A stretch of 64,000 nucleotides of DNA from the human T2T-CHM13v2.0 reference genome, Homo sapiens. Location: the NCBI RefSeq assembly GCF_009914755.1, contig NC_060926.1, one strand, 5' to 3'. Each line of letters opens with the position of its first letter. Position 1 is the first letter of the stretch. The notes below the pieces were generated by a model. The model worked only from the letters and a program-made list of their open reading frames with translations, did not search any database and had not been told where the DNA came from. Below are positions 15,771 to 30,635 of the stretch, piece by piece. A program made the position numbers and the translations under genes.

Positions 15771-16327
15771 ACTGGAACTGGCAGGGGAAATGTGAACTAT
15801 TCATATAATAGACTACCATGGAGTGATTAAAACGAGCAAACTGTATCTATACACATAAAGAAAATAAGCTGCCTACTAGTATGCAAGCCCCAGAGGGTAG
15901 ATATTTTTATCTATTTTATTCACAGCTGTATCCCCAGAACCAAGAGTAATGCCTAGCGCATAGTAGGTACTCGATTCATCTTTGTTGAGCGAATACACAG
16001 ATCTCAAAATGAGGACTGAGAATCATCTACATAAACTTTTTTAGACACAAAACAAAACAATATATGATTTATAAATATTAAAAGCACAGAATAGAAGAAC
16101 ATTCAATAAATTTATGATACTGGTTTCCTCAGGGGAGTAAGGAAAGGAATAGGACCAAAGAAAGGAACATAAATTTTAACTGTAATTTTTTAAAGTATAT
16201 ATATACCTCTTTCTGTCCATATATATGTTTTATATATATACTATATATTTTTTTTCTTTACACATATATGAATCAAAACTAGAAAATTGTTAATATCTGT
16301 TAATTCTGAGAAGTTGGTACACAGGTG

Positions 16328-16640
16328 ATTTTTTTTTTTTTTTTTTGAGACAGATTCACTCTGTCACCCAGGCTGGAGCTCAGTGGTGCAATCTTGGCTC
16401 ATCACAACCTCTGCCTCCCAAATTCGAGCTATCATGTGAGCCAATTCTCATGCCTTGGCCTCCCAAGTACCTGGGATTACAGGTGTGTACCACCATGCCC
16501 AGCTCCTTTTTTTGTTTTTTAGTAGAGATGGGGTTTCTCCATGTTGGCCAGGCAGGTCTTGAACTTCTGGCCTCGAGTGATCCACCCGCCTCAGCCTCCC
16601 AAAGTGCTGGGATTACAGGTGTGAGCCACTGAACCTGGCT
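16328..16640 (-). mobile_element. AluS-like
   Basis: Reverse Alu with TSD ggtgatttt. Confidence 0.92.
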
Positions 16641-17103
16641 CATGGGTGATTTTAAATTCTCTATAATTTTAGAACTTTACTAAAAGGATATTAGGGAACT
16701 AATAGTACCTTCATATCTCAGACAGAACTTCTCATAGTGTTCTATCCATGTTCTCTTATGAGAGCATGTCCTACTATTTTAATGTCTAATGATTCAGCTT
16801 CACAATTCTTGAGAATTTTGAATTTTTATCCATATTTATATTCTTATCTCAATATTAAATATATTTTAATTGTATACTTTTTCCCTCAAAACCTAGGTAA
16901 AATTAACATTCCAGGAAGATATGCTTTGATTATCCTATAGCTTCATATATCCCCATCATACTACAGGGCATCTCAGGGCAGAGAGGTTGGAGATGCTTAT
17001 TCTAGTTTGGGGAGCAGAACTATAGAGTCACTGTAGATTTTCCTTTAGAAGAAAACAACATACAGAAGAGAAATCCTCTGAATTTAACCTCACCCTTCCC
17101 CTT

Positions 17104-17494
17104 TACAATAGTTAATTTTATGTGGCAACTTGGCTGACCATAGGAGCCAGATATTTGGTCAAACATTATTCTAGATGTTTCTGTGATGGTATTTTTTAGA
17201 TGAGATTAACATTTAAGTCAGTAGACTATGAGTAAAGATGATTACCCTCCATAATGTGAGTAGGCCTCATTCCACCACAGGTGAAAACCTTAATAGGAAA
17301 AAGGCTGACTGTGCCCAAGGAAGAGGGAATTCTACAGAAGAGTCCCTTTGGACTCAAGCTATTATCTTAACTCTTCACTGGACTCTAGCTTGCTGGACTA
17401 CACTGCAGCTTTTGCTATACTTGCTATACTCCACAATCATGTGAGCCAATTCCTTAAAATAAGTACTTCCCTCTCCAGTAGGTAAACAGACAGA

Positions 17495-17546
<52 letters not shown>

Positions 17547-17583
17547 ATTGGTTCTGTTTTTCTTAAGAACCCCAGTTAATGTA
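17104..17583 (+). mobile_element. MLT2 (ERVL) solo LTR
   Basis: gttaattttatgtggcaacttggctg...gatatttggtcaaacattattctagatgtttctgtga...ctattggttctgttt. Confidence 0.82.
17497..17542. repeat. (CA)23 microsatellite
   Basis: Pure CA run inside the MLT2 LTR. Confidence 0.95.
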
Positions 17584-17931
17584 CTCTTGCACCAAAACCA
17601 GTACTATTTTCTTCAAGGACACTATTAAATGAATCAAAACATATCTCAAACCAACTATCACTAAAATAGGTATATGCTTTTCCCTAAAAGACTGGGTCTT
17701 TTAAAAATCTAACTGTAAGTATTATTTATTAAACATAATACATGACAGAACACATTAGCATACCACTAATATATATAAATAAATCTAGAATGAATCAATA
17801 AATATACAAAAGGTTAAGAAGATGTTAGAAACTTAATTTTTTGAAAAGTTATGCTAAATATGGACCTAAACGTATTCTAAACAACAGAAATTTTAGATAG
17901 TAAAAACTGTTCGATTAAAAAAAAATCTTAC

Positions 17932-17977
17932 CTTTTAGTTTTCATCTGGTCCCTCAGTTTGCTGTACATCTCTAGGA
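17932..17977 (-). CDS. EXOC6B: EXOC6B coding exon 5 (46 bp)
   Basis: tctttcttttaag|TC CTA GAG ATG ... ACT AAA AG|gtaag. Encodes (V)LEMYSKLRDQMKTK(R). Follows a 102-bp intron. Confidence 0.95.
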
Positions 17978-18079
17978 CTTAAAAGAAAGAAAAGAATACA
18001 CAAACATGATTTAGAGAAAGCCTAATTAAAGCAAAAAAAAAATTACACCAAGAATCCTTCTCCATTTCCAGTTCCTCAC

Positions 18080-18170
18080 CTGGAAGACACAGCATTAATT
18101 TATCAACAGTGGCAGAAATATTTCTCTGCTGTAGTCGACACTGCTTCAGCTCTTCCATTGCTATTACCAG
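18080..18170 (-). CDS. EXOC6B: EXOC6B coding exon 4 (91 bp)
   Basis: ccctcttgccaag|CTG GTA ATA ... CTT CCA G|gtgag. Encodes LVIAMEELKQCRLQQRNISATVDKLMLCLP. Confidence 0.95.
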
Positions 18171-19067
18171 CTTGGCAAGAGGGAAAAAGACTGAATTATG
18201 CCTATGGCTGTAAATAAAAAGCTTTCAGTCACATTTTTCCACACTGTGTTCAATTCATCAGAAAATCCCAGACAGTTTCATAGTAAGACCTGCCAAGTGA
18301 ACTAAGGAACTGCCTTTCCTAACCAGTAAAACATTCCTGCACAGTTTCCCGCTTTCTCCCCAAGATACATACAATACTAGGAAGGGCTAGGTAAAATGAA
18401 GTCCTAAAATACAAGGGTTATCCAGGAGAAAAAAACTATCTTCAACTAAATCTCTATTTCAACAAATAAACCCACACACTTAAAAGATGTGGCCTTTCTA
18501 AAAGTTACAGTTTGTTGAAAAGTAATTCACTTTTATTCCCCTAGCCCCAGTTTTAAGGGCTTCTATCAGAAGTCATACCATAATATAACTAGAAGAAATT
18601 GTACTCCACAGAATTTAGAATGTGAGACAAACTTCTTCAAAAAGTAATAATCTACACATCTACTTGCAGCATTCATCCTATACCCATACCTAAAAATGTT
18701 ATTATCTGCTTAGATACCATGCAGAAAAGAACAAGAGAATGGTCCTAAGTCACTGATAAAACAATCAAAAGCTAATCTTAAAGGTTATTAAAATTAAACA
18801 TCAAAAAAGTATTAGGTGATAAGAAAGAAGCATGATAACAGAGAACAGTCATGTACTACAAGTCAGAAAACCTGGGTTTTAGTCCCAGCCTTGCCAATAA
18901 CTATGTAAAATACAGCAAATCATTTGTTTTAGTTTCCTCATCAATAAAACAGTGATAATACCTGTCCTGATTTTGTCGGCCATGAGGATCAAATGAGCAA
19001 ATAGATATAAAAATATTGTAAACTGTGATGGTTTAAATGGTAAATATGTCAATCAATAGAATCAATG

Positions 19068-19391
<324 letters not shown>

Positions 19392-19404
19392 TGATTAATC
19401 TTTT

Positions 19405-19750
19405 AAATAAATATTTGTTGAGCATCCACACTGTGCCAGTCACTATTTAGGTAGATGGAGGGGATACAGCAATGAATAAAGCAAACAAAAATTCCTAATC
19501 TCATGGAGTTTAATTTCCAATGGAGAATGACATACAAAAAAAAATATAAGTAAAAAATATGTTAAATATAATATCAGAGCATGACAGGCACAATGAAGAA
19601 AAAGTGGGAAAGGATCAAAAGAATGCACGGGTGAGAGTGAGACTACAATTTCAAATAAGGTGGTTAGGAAAGGCCTCATTAAGAAGGCAACATTTGAGCA
19701 AAGATTTGAAGAAGGTGAATATTGAGGAAATAACATATCAGGCAGAGGAA
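19405..19750. mobile_element. L2 fragment
   Basis: aaataaatatttgttgagc...ctcatggagtttaatttcca...gaaaggcctcattaagaagg. Confidence 0.7.
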
Positions 19751-19995
19751 GAGCATTACTGTATTATGACAAGTCGATGATTTAAAAGCACAACTAAGAA
19801 GCCTGTATCCTGTCTCCTTAGACTTCCCAGTGACTATGTTCATTTAATTCAGATAAACATTAGGAAAAGCAACAATAATGTCCAAGTACTTCCAACATAC
19901 TACTTACAGTCTTAACCACTAAATGAATAACATAGTCATTAAAAGAGAGTGGCATGAAACAGAAAAGATTTCTTCAAAAGGTAAACTGGTCTTAC

Positions 19996-20043
19996 TTCCT
20001 TTCCCTCATGTTGTAGTTTTCTATTAGTATCCGTCACTTGATT
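19996..20043 (-). CDS. EXOC6B: EXOC6B coding exon 3 (48 bp, phase 0/0)
   Basis: cttctctccacag|AAT CAA GTG ... AAG GAA|gtaag. Encodes NQVTDTNRKLQHEGKE. Confidence 0.95.
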
Positions 20044-21381
20044 CTGTGGAGAGAAGACAATTTAAACTCATAAAAAACAAACATTTAGACAATAGTTGAA
20101 AAAGATCTAAATTTAATATGAAAAGATTAGGAATAGGCAGTTAAATATTTTCAGTACTCCACTACATATTGGTCCAGTGGCATTCTCTTGGGTTTAAATT
20201 ATGTCAACTTTTCTACTGGATGTTTGCATGACCTTTTGAAAAGAAAAATTTGCTAACAAATATGGTGAGTTTAGAACAGTTCTAAACTAAGCTACCATAA
20301 TAACTAAAGATCGCACTTTAACTTTGGGGAGACAAGAGGAAAAAGGGGAGAGAAAAATAAAATAGAAAGTACAAATTTTATACAGATATTCCTCATTTCA
20401 CCAATGTATTCCTAGAAAAGTTGGGTATACACTGAACTTGTTAACTCAAGTCAAAGTTTCCCTGTTTGCTTATTATCTTATTTTTAGAAAATGCTTTACC
20501 TTAATTCTTTTTGGATCATTAATTCTTAACAGCTCCTAACACTTCCATACTTCCATTTTTCCAATATAATCTCTCCATCAGATAGTCAAAAATTTGTGAA
20601 TAAGCCCTTAAATGATCCAGAGTTCATTATATAAAGGAAATGGCATCTACTTTTTTTGATATTCACTCTTGACATTTCAATGATGGAAAAAATTAATTAT
20701 ATAGGATAGTAATTTCCTCATCATCTGTGATATCAAAACATAAGCAATACTAACTTCTAAAATGTTGTTTAATAAACGCTTTCTAGCCTTCCACCAGTAA
20801 TTGCTACTCCTTATACTTTTAGTGCATCCCCTAACCTAGCATTTCCTATTATGTCCCTTAGGACATCAAGAAGTGTTACTTAGCAGGTACTCTGCACATG
20901 CACACAGCCATGCACATGCGAGCACACACAGTCTCACAGACATAAACACACACACAAATACACACGATATGATATGCACTGTAAATGCCCAAGAAAGGGA
21001 TATCATATAGGATGTTTTCCAAATTTATCTAACGTAATACCCTTTAACTGAAGATCTTCTCAAGGAGCTAGTTTTTTAAAAGAATACACTTTTGAAATCA
21101 CTGCTCTGAACGATACACTATACCTGGACTATCATTCAAAGCAGATTACCATATGCACCTCCATCCAAAGCCAAAATGAAATCTGAACTCCTCCAGGAAG
21201 CCTCTTTAAAGTACCAGAAAGGGAGGCAAGAAATCAGCAAATTCCCTCTTTATTATTTAATTAATGGCACCACATGTGAAACACTTTGTGGTTTTATTGC
21301 ACTGAGCTCAATACAAATTAAGAGTGATAAAGCCGTCCAAAATGCACATCTAAGACAATGTTAATGGAAGCATTGTCTAAA

Positions 21382-21609
21382 AGGGGGTCAGCAATCTGTT
21401 TCCATAAAGGGCTAGATGGTAAATATTTTAGGCTTTGCAAGCCATACAATCTCTGTTGTAACTATTCAACTCTACCTCTGTAGCAGGAATGCAGCCATAA
21501 AGAAAATAAAGGTAAATGAAAGGTCATGGCTGTGTTCCGATAAAACTTTATTTACACAAACAGGAGGCAAGCTGGATTTGGCCTAAGAGACAGAGTTTGC
21601 TAACCCCTG
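21382..21609. mobile_element. MER58A-like hAT element
   Basis: agggggtcagcaa...gtaaatattttaggctttgc...gtttgctaacccctg with terminal inverted repeats. Confidence 0.8.
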
Positions 21610-21619
21610 GTCTAGAATA

Positions 21620-22052
21620 AACGTGATGGTAAGGTAGTAATACCACACTATGAAATTTACAATTGGATGCCACATTTTAAGAAGGCTTTACAAGCTGAAG
21701 CATGGTTAGAAGTGAACACATTTGCAGAGGGAGTCAAAGCTAACCACAGGAAAAACAGATGAAGCCATTTTTAGCCAAGAAAGGGGAAAAATATTCACTT
21801 GGAGACACTATACCCCATACCTGGACCCTATATACTATAAACCAAACTTAAACAATGGCTGCCCTTCAAATATCTGAAGAGCTATCAGAAGTAAAGTGGC
21901 TCCGTAAAAATGGAGCTTATTACTCAAACCAATGTTTGTTACTAGAAAACAGTATTCAGCTCAATATAAGAAAAAGTGTTCAAGCAATGTGAATAAAAAT
22001 CATACGGGCTTCCTTGGGTGATAATGCTATCCCCATTACAGTAGTTATTCAA
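21620..22052 (+). mobile_element. L3/CR1 fragment
   Basis: ccacattttaagaagg, cttcaaatatctgaag and cagctcaatataagaaa resemble the CR1 3' region. Confidence 0.55.
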
Positions 22053-22457
22053 TAATAAATTAGATATTTTTTATCCTAAACTGGAGGTCTCCTAAAATAC
22101 AACCCTCCATAATACTCCTAAATTCAGCAACATTATCTACTAGAGTAGCCTTGTTTGCCTTATGAAGGCACCATTTCTCACTTTTTTTCACCTTAAACTC
22201 ACTGTAAAAAATACATTTTCCATTGCAACTCAGTACACAAGTATAGGGAACACACACACAATTTTCAAGAAACAATGTTTATCCTTAGTACATGTAATGC
22301 ACTCTCTTGTTTTCTATTCAATTCGATTATATTTAATTTCAGTTTTTGTCAAAAATACTGATCAAGGCACACTAAATTAATTTCATGCAAACCATGGATG
22401 TAAAACATATCCCTAGGAACCTAATGAATGCTTCCAGTAAGAAAGATAATAACTGTG

Positions 22458-22770
22458 GGCTAGGTGCAGTGGCTCACACCTGTAAGCCTAGCACTTTGGG
22501 AGTCCTTGTCAGGTGGATCAACCTGAGGTCAGGAGTTTGAGACCAGCCTGGCCAACATGGTGAAACCCAGTCTCTACTAAAAATACAAAAATTAGCTGGG
22601 CATGGTGGTGCATGCCTAGAATCCCAGCTACTTGGGAGGCTGAGGCAGGAAAATCGCTTGAACCGGGTGGGGGGACGTGGGTTGCAGGGGTGGAGATTGC
22701 AGTGAGCCAAGATCGTGCCACTTCACTCTAGCCTGGGCAAAAGAGCGAAACTCCATCTCAAAAAAATAAA
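22458..22770 (+). mobile_element. AluS-like
   Basis: Dimeric Alu with TSD aaagataataactgtg. Confidence 0.93.
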
Positions 22771-22827
22771 GATAATAACTGTGTCAATACCATTCAATAA
22801 CTATTTCAATGCGTAACAATAAAAAAA

Positions 22828-23135
22828 GGCCAGGCGCAGTGGCTCACACCTGTAATCCCAGCATTCTGGGAGGCTGAGGCAGCAGATCATTTGAGACCAG
22901 GAGTTCAAGACCAGCCTGGCCAACATGGTGAAACCCCCTCTCTACAAAAATACAAAAATTAGCTGGGCGTAGTGGCATGCACCTGTAGTCCCAGCTACTT
23001 AGAAGGCTGAGGCTGAGGAGAATCACTTGAACTTGGGAGGCAAAGTTTGCAGTGAGCCGAGATCACACCACTGCACTCCAGACTGGGTTGACGGAGCAAC
23101 ACTCTGTCTCAAAAAATTAAAAAAAAAAAAACAAA
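22828..23135 (+). mobile_element. AluS-like
   Basis: Dimeric Alu with TSD aacaataaaaa. Confidence 0.92.
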
Positions 23136-23979
23136 ACAATAAAAAGAAACTATACCAGCTGTCTAGGATGCTACTTCATTTATTTCAAAGAAGATAAGTG
23201 TGTGTATGTATACACTGAGAATCAAAAGAAATAATGGGCATCTTAGAGTACGATTTCTTTTCATTGGTATGTTGAAATAGCATTGACAGTTGTAATACTT
23301 TTTACATTGTCTAAACTATTTCTAGAGTTCAGGAAACTTTTTTTCATTCATTGAACCTAGGTCAAATGAATCCCCTTAGAGCAGAGTCTCCCAGGTGTCC
23401 TGCTAGACATTAATCCCCTCTGCCCTCAAAGTAACTGGGTGGAGCCTGAAACAGACTAAAACCCTAAACCAGTAGCCTCCAGTTCAAGTATTCCTGCTGG
23501 GGCATCCTCAGCAAGTTGAAGGAATTTGCAACTTGAAGAAATTTGATGGAAGGCAAGGGAAGTAAGAGGAAAAGAAGATGAGTACCAACCAATAAGTGAT
23601 ATCAGCAATTCAGGAGCATTATGAGCTATATTCAGTACTACCCTGCCAAGGAGGTATTCTACCACACGACTACTTCGATAACCAGAGACAAAACATTGTG
23701 CTGACTATCATGGACCAGGGCACCAAGGAGCTATGGGAGAAGTGTGGGATAGAGGTGTCTAAGAAGCATAGAAAAGAACAGCCCAAGATGAGTATAGAAG
23801 ATGGGATGGCTAGGTGAGGACAAATAGCATTCACAGGTCCTGGCAGGAAACCCCCTATCTCTGTTTTCACGCATTTCAGATACTTTTGTCCAGCTAAGGC
23901 TGATCAGCGCACAAAATTTAAGGATTACAAATGTATGGACCAATAAATAGAAAGACGCACTACTAAGATTCTTTAATAT

Positions 23980-24290
23980 GGCCAGGCATGGTGGTTCATG
24001 CCTGTGATACCAACACTTTGGGAGGCTGAGACGGTCAGATCACTTGAGGACAGGAGTTCAAGACCAGCCTGGCCAACACGGCAAAACCTCCTCTCTACTA
24101 AAAATACAAAAATTGGCCAGGCATGATGGTACATGCCTGTAGTCCTAGCTACTTGAGAGGCTGAGGCATGAGGCACAAGAATCGCTTGAACCCAGGAGGC
24201 AGACATTGCAGTGAGCCAAGATTGTGCCACTGAGCTCCAGCCTGGGCAACAGAGTGAGACTCTGCCTCAAAAAAAATTAAAAAAAAAAAA
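23980..24290 (+). mobile_element. AluS-like (source of the 312-bp duplication)
   Basis: Dimeric Alu with TSD ttctttaatat. Confidence 0.92.
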
Positions 24291-24496
24291 GTTCTTTAAT
24301 ATACTTTCAGATGGTTCACTTTTTTAATAGATGTAGAAATAATTCAATGTTTTGTATCACCTACTTATGAGAAAAGGTTCTCTTGAATAGTGTCTATGAG
24401 AAATTCAAACAGGTTATCATTTTTAAAGTCTTGATTACATTTGCATAGCATATAGTCATTTTAAGCAGAAAACTAAATATTTAAAAAGTTATTTCA

Positions 24497-24787
<291 letters not shown>

Positions 24788-25509
24788 TTATTTTACGGTA
24801 GCAAGTTCAAGTTTCTCATTTTAAAATGATGAAACATTTTAGAATGTTTAGAACAGTTCTATATGTTTAGAACATTTCTATATATTTGTAATATATCCTA
24901 ATACTCTGTATTTTATTTTTCTTATTATAATACATAAAGAAAATGTAAAGATTTTTTTAAAACAAGTCTCATGTTCCCCCAAAAACACTCTAGCTTATTC
25001 TTAGGTGCCTGCCATTCAAATATGACTTTCTATGTGTGCTGTGACAAGAAAAGGGTTGGGAAGCATGCCCTAGAGGACTCACTCTATGGGTTTCTCTATG
25101 AAGTCATCAGAAATTGTTCTCAATTTACACTCTCATGTTCTCATGCATGTATACATTTTTTAGAGAGAAGATTCAAACTATTCATGAGATTCTGGCCCTC
25201 TCCATTTCATTCCCCATATGAGTGACTAGAACTACCAACTACTGAGTCACCCAAACCAGAAACCTAAGAGTCATGGGCTCTATTCCAGATATATGAGATA
25301 CCATATCTCATAAGCATCTCTGCAGTCTGCCCCTTCTTCACCATCTCCTTAGTTTTAGTCTTCCTCATTTTTTAACATGGATTTCAACTTATCATTTTCC
25401 CATATTGAATGAAAATTTTGTATTAATGTGTACACTTCAAAACTGAGTTTTCTGATGAACATTCAAAATCGTCAGTTGAAACTGCAGGAAACTTAAAATA
25501 CAAAGAAAA

Positions 25510-25821
25510 GCATTTCAGATACTTTTGTCCAGCTGAGGCTCATCAGCCCACAAAATTTAAGGATTACAAATGTATAGACCAATACATAGAAAGACGCACT
25601 ATTGAGATTCTTTAATATGGTCAGGCATGGTGGTTCATGTGTGTAATAGCAACACTTTGGGAGGCTGAGACGGTCAGATCACTTGAGGACAGGAGTTCAA
25701 GACCAGCCTGGCCAATATGGCGAAACCCCATCTCTACTAAAAATACAAAAATTGGCCAGACATGGTGGTACACACCTGTAGTCCTAGCTACCTGGGAGGC
25801 TGAGGCATAAGGCACAAGAAT
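25510..25821 (+). repeat. Dispersed direct copy of 23871-24182 (unique flank plus truncated Alu)
   Basis: Ungapped 312-bp alignment with about 24 mismatches by hand count. Confidence 0.93.
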
Positions 25822-26796
25822 GAAAACATTAAAATTATTTATTATCAAGGGATTATTGATAACATTTTGGTATATAGTCTTCTAATCTTCTTTAATGCTT
25901 ATTTATTTACATGTAAAGTATGTGCATTTAGTTTATAAAAATAGTCATACTGTTCATACATTTTAATCAGCTTTATACATTAAGCAAACATCTCTAATAC
26001 TTTCCCATGTCAAATATCCTCTGTACTGTAGTTTATTATTATTTCAAATAGATGCACCACAATTTCTTTTAGTAATCCTCTATTAAGTGATGTTAGGAAC
26101 ACTTTCAAGTTTTACCTATTAAAAGAAAACATCATATGAACATCCTTGTACATGCACTTACAGCCTTAGAATAAATCCTAAAATTACGTGGGGTTTTAAG
26201 TATTGACACCTTATTGTTTAAATTTGCATTCCTTTAATTTTTTTCCAAATTGTAGAGCTCCTTTGTATTTCTTCTTATGTAAACTGTACGTTATTGTGTA
26301 TTTCTCATTTTTCTATTAGAATGTTCACATTTTTCCTATTGATTTATCAAGAATCTTCATATATAAGGATATCAACAATTTGCCATATGTGTTTGTAAGT
26401 ATTTTTTATTATTTGCCTTTTAAGTTTTAATTTGTAGGTAGAATAGGTTCTTTCCTTTTAATGTTGTTACATCTCTCAATTTTTTCTTTCTGGTTTAGAA
26501 ATTTTGTTTAGAAATGTCTCAAAATAATATAAATATTCACCTATATTTTCTACTAGTTCTTTCATGGTTTTATTTTTTACATTTAACTCTTTAGTTCCTC
26601 TGAAATTAATTTCAATATGTTGAATAAGGAAAAGACCTAACTTACTTTAAATGAAAATAGTTAAGCATTAAAGAACATTAACAATAAATCAAAAGACTGT
26701 TACCTCTAGAGTAGAGAAAGCAACTGAGAGGGGTACTATTGAGAGATTTAATTATGATGGCAATATAATTTCTTAAGATGGCTGGATACTGTTGTA

Positions 26797-27085
26797 CAGG
26801 TCCATAAATTCTTTTTTAAAACCTTAGGACCTAATGTGTTTAAACTTAAGCATTTTGGAAATTTTTTAAAGATATTAAGGTAAATATTGTATATTACATA
26901 ATACCCCCACCCAATGGGGACTAGGATAGCACCATATAATCAAACATGCTAATATTTCTGCAGCAAAACACAAAAATTCATGCTAAATAAAATAAGAAAT
27001 TTGATAGCTTCATGTGATTTAGGTCATGAAACTATCTATAATCAATTGAGTTTTTAAATTATTATAGCTTTAGAATACAATATAA
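26797..27085 (+). mobile_element. MER46C-like DNA transposon
   Basis: caggtccat...ataatcaaacatgctaatatttctgcagcaaaac resembles the recalled consensus. Confidence 0.65.
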
Positions 27086-27745
27086 TGTCTGACAGCCCAC
27101 TTTGCCCCTTAGTAAAACTGTTTCTTTGCTTTCCTTACCAATATATTTTTTAAACGAATTTTACACTCACTGTCAAGTTAACCCCATGCCCAGGAAAATC
27201 CTTTTAGGATTCTAATTCAAATTTCAATAAGAAAAAAAGAATTAAAAGCATAAGGACTTGAAAGAAGAAAATAAAACTGTTATTACTTACAGATCATATG
27301 AGGAGTGTTTACATAGAAAACTCAAATTACATATAAATTATTAGAAATAACAGAAGAGCTTACTGAAGTAGTTAGATTTAAGATCAATAAGCAAAATGAG
27401 TTATCTAAGATAAGTGACTTTGCTATGCCAGGGACCAGACAAATGTGCCTAGCCTCCTTCCTGGACCTTAATCAGCCACACCAGGAAATAACCTTCATTC
27501 TTTGGTAGAAGACCCTCCACAACAACCAACGGTTTTTTTCTTTTGGCCTAGGTGGCATGCTACAAAGAATTTTATAGCAATGCCTTGAAATTCTATCATT
27601 CTACAATGATAGCTTTTATCCAGCAAGGAAACAGAAACATGAAGAGTCAAACTGAGTTTCTGTTTAAAAGAACCAGCTACTGATCACTGGTTCTGGTCCA
27701 CATGTAGTTATCCCAATTAAAATATAACTTTAAAAGGGTAATCTT

Positions 27746-28061
<316 letters not shown>

Positions 28062-28228
28062 CTAAAAAGCCATACTCTCAAGAATGTACGTTTCAGTATA
28101 AATTCCTTTCTAATTATACAAAAATCTTCACTACAAATATGTGTTCTATGTTATAATCCTTAATCCTTTAATCCTAATCAAAACCCCAACACAGGACGGA
28201 GAAACAGTATCTCTTAGAGCCTTCTTAC

Positions 28229-28394
28229 TTTGAGTTTCTGGGCTTCTCCTCTCACTTTCAGCAGTTCAGTTATAGAGTCCACAAAGCCCTGGTAATGAAA
28301 GTTGCACATTTTCTCAATTTCTCGGTCGTGATTACGGATACGAGTTTCAAGCTTCTCCATGAAACGTCCATGTTCTTCACCATCATAAACAGAC
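28229..28394 (-). CDS. EXOC6B: EXOC6B coding exon 2 (166 bp)
   Basis: ttttttttaaag|G TCT GTT TAT ... CTC AAA|gtaag. Encodes (R)SVYDGEEHGRFMEKLETRIRNHDREIEKMCNFHYQGFVDSITELLKVRGEAQKLK. Confidence 0.96.
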
Positions 28395-28659
28395 CTTTAA
28401 AAAAAAATGGCACGAAGATTATACCATGGTTACTTCTAAGAAGGAAAAACAAAATTATAAATCCAGAAGCAAATTTAGGGCACATAAGCCACAAAATAAT
28501 CCAACTGTATATTAACATGCCTTATTGTTAAATGAGTATTTTTAAGGAAAATCGAAACTTTTGCTTTCTTATTCATTCCAAAATATTTGACTGCCTGACA
28601 GTATTTGTCACAAAATTCTCATCATAAAATTAAAAGACTGAATTACAACTCCCTTGTAT

Positions 28660-30635
28660 CTTTCTTTTTCAATTTAACTAGTCTAGAAAAGCTCAATTTT
28701 AGTTAAATTCAACTATCCAATTGCTCCATGAGCATATTCAAGAAATTGAACACAGCTAGAGAAAAAACACACAGCTGTGCTGGCTAGACTCAGGGTAGCC
28801 ATGTAACTACAAATCTAAATTAGGCAGTCAATATCGCTAGATAATTCTACTACAACCATTCCCCCATCTCACATCCCAGAAAAATCACTTTGTATTCTAA
28901 AGTACTTATGTGTGGGAACCTTACCTTGTCCTCTCCTCAAATGTTCATACCTTCAGCCTCAGCTGCTGATCTGACTATATACTTTACAGAAAAAAACAGG
29001 CACAAAGAACTACCTCCTCTTCCCTCATTAAAATCAACCAGTCTACTTTACATTTGTAGCTCCTACTCTCCACCCACCAGTAACGATAAAATAAGTGTTC
29101 CAAGCTCGTATCTACAATTCAGTCCCTCTTGCTGTCTCAAGAATTTTATTCCTGCAAGTTTTCCCATTTATCCCTCCTTGGTAACATATATTTCTCCCTC
29201 TTTACTAGATGATTCTCATGTGTATATAAACATAACTTTTATTTAAATATAATTGTTTTTATTTTTTTAATAAAAGATGAAGTCTCAATATGTTGGCCAG
29301 GTTGATCTTGAACTCCTGGCCTTGGACAGTCCTCACACCTTTGCCTCCCAAAGTGCTGAGATTACAGGCATGAGCCACCAAGCACAGCCTATACATGTCT
29401 TTTTAAATCCTGCCCTTAACTACACATCCCTCTTCCCTTCCCAGCAAAACTCCCTTCCACTTCCTCACTTCTTTGCCTTACTAAAGTATTCATTGTACTC
29501 CACCTAATAGCAGCATTTGATATGGTTTTATATTCTCTCCTTCTTTAAACACTCTCTCCAGTAGACTTCAATGATACCATACTAACATGTTTCTTAACCT
29601 CTCACTGATGTGCCTTCTCAATATCCATTCTCAGCTCCTCCTCCTCTATTACATTCCGAAGTATTCCTAAAATCTCTTCTCTTCTCCACCTGTGCTCTCT
29701 CATTAAGCGAAGCCATCTAATTCCATGGCTTTAAAATATCATCTCTGTAGTGCTGATTTCCTAATCTATAATTCAGAGCATTTCCCTGAGCACTAGATTC
29801 TAATATCCAGCTACTATTTAATTCCAATTGGGTTTTTAAAAGCCATCTCAGTATTTAACGTAGAAAAAAAAGTATTTATTACTAATGTATCTCCACTCCC
29901 ATACCTGTTCCTCCTCAAATTTCCCAACCGCCTACCCATCCCATCACAGCTAAAGGCACACTATACAATTGCCCAAGCCAAAAATCTAGGAATGACTCCT
30001 AATCTATCTCCTTCCATCACATACCCTATCCAATACATTAATAAGTCCTGACAACTCAACCTCCGAAACATGTCTTAACATTTACCATATTCCACCATTT
30101 CCACTAAAACACGATCTAAATCTACATTACCACCACAATGGACCAATGCAACAGCCTCCTGACAGTCTCCATTCTGCACTTTCCATCTACTCCACCCCCT
30201 GCCCCAAAACAGACACTCCACACAGTAACAAAAATGATCAGAATTAAAATCTTGATTCTTTACTGCTGCCTGTAAGGCCCTACATAATGTAACCTCACAT
30301 TACCTCTCTAACCTCATTTCTCTCCTTTCTCTAGTTCCCACCCAAATTCCCTTCCATCCTCTAAGTTCCAGCTACCCTGGCTTTTTTTAAAGCCTCTTCC
30401 CGCCTCAAGAATTTTGTTTTTGCAGTTCTTATACTAGTAATGCTCATCCCCTATACCTTTGAACAATCTCTTCCTCCTCACCGTCCATGATATGTTGTCT
30501 ATCTCCGCCTCCCCACAACCCACCTCAACTAGATTGTAAGTTCAAGGGCAAGAATTTTGTCTGTCATACTGTACCTCTATAACAGTGCCAGACAGGTAGT
30601 AGACAATAAGTAAACATTCACTGAGTAAAGAATGA
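28660..30635. mobile_element. L2 fragments with an inserted FLAM (29255-29390, minus)
   Basis: Pyrimidine-rich L2 motifs ending ctagattgtaag...agacaataagtaaacattcactgagtaaagaatga. Confidence 0.65.

Noticed and set aside
17978-18079. Very short 102-bp intron as a possible U12 intron or mirtron
   Set aside because: Ordinary GTGAG donor and pyrimidine-tract AG acceptor, no U12 consensus and no evident end-to-end hairpin.
28270-28531. ORFs overlapping exon 2 in another frame and on the opposite strand
   Set aside because: Shadows of the real exon. The true frame is set by splice phase and continuity with exon 3.
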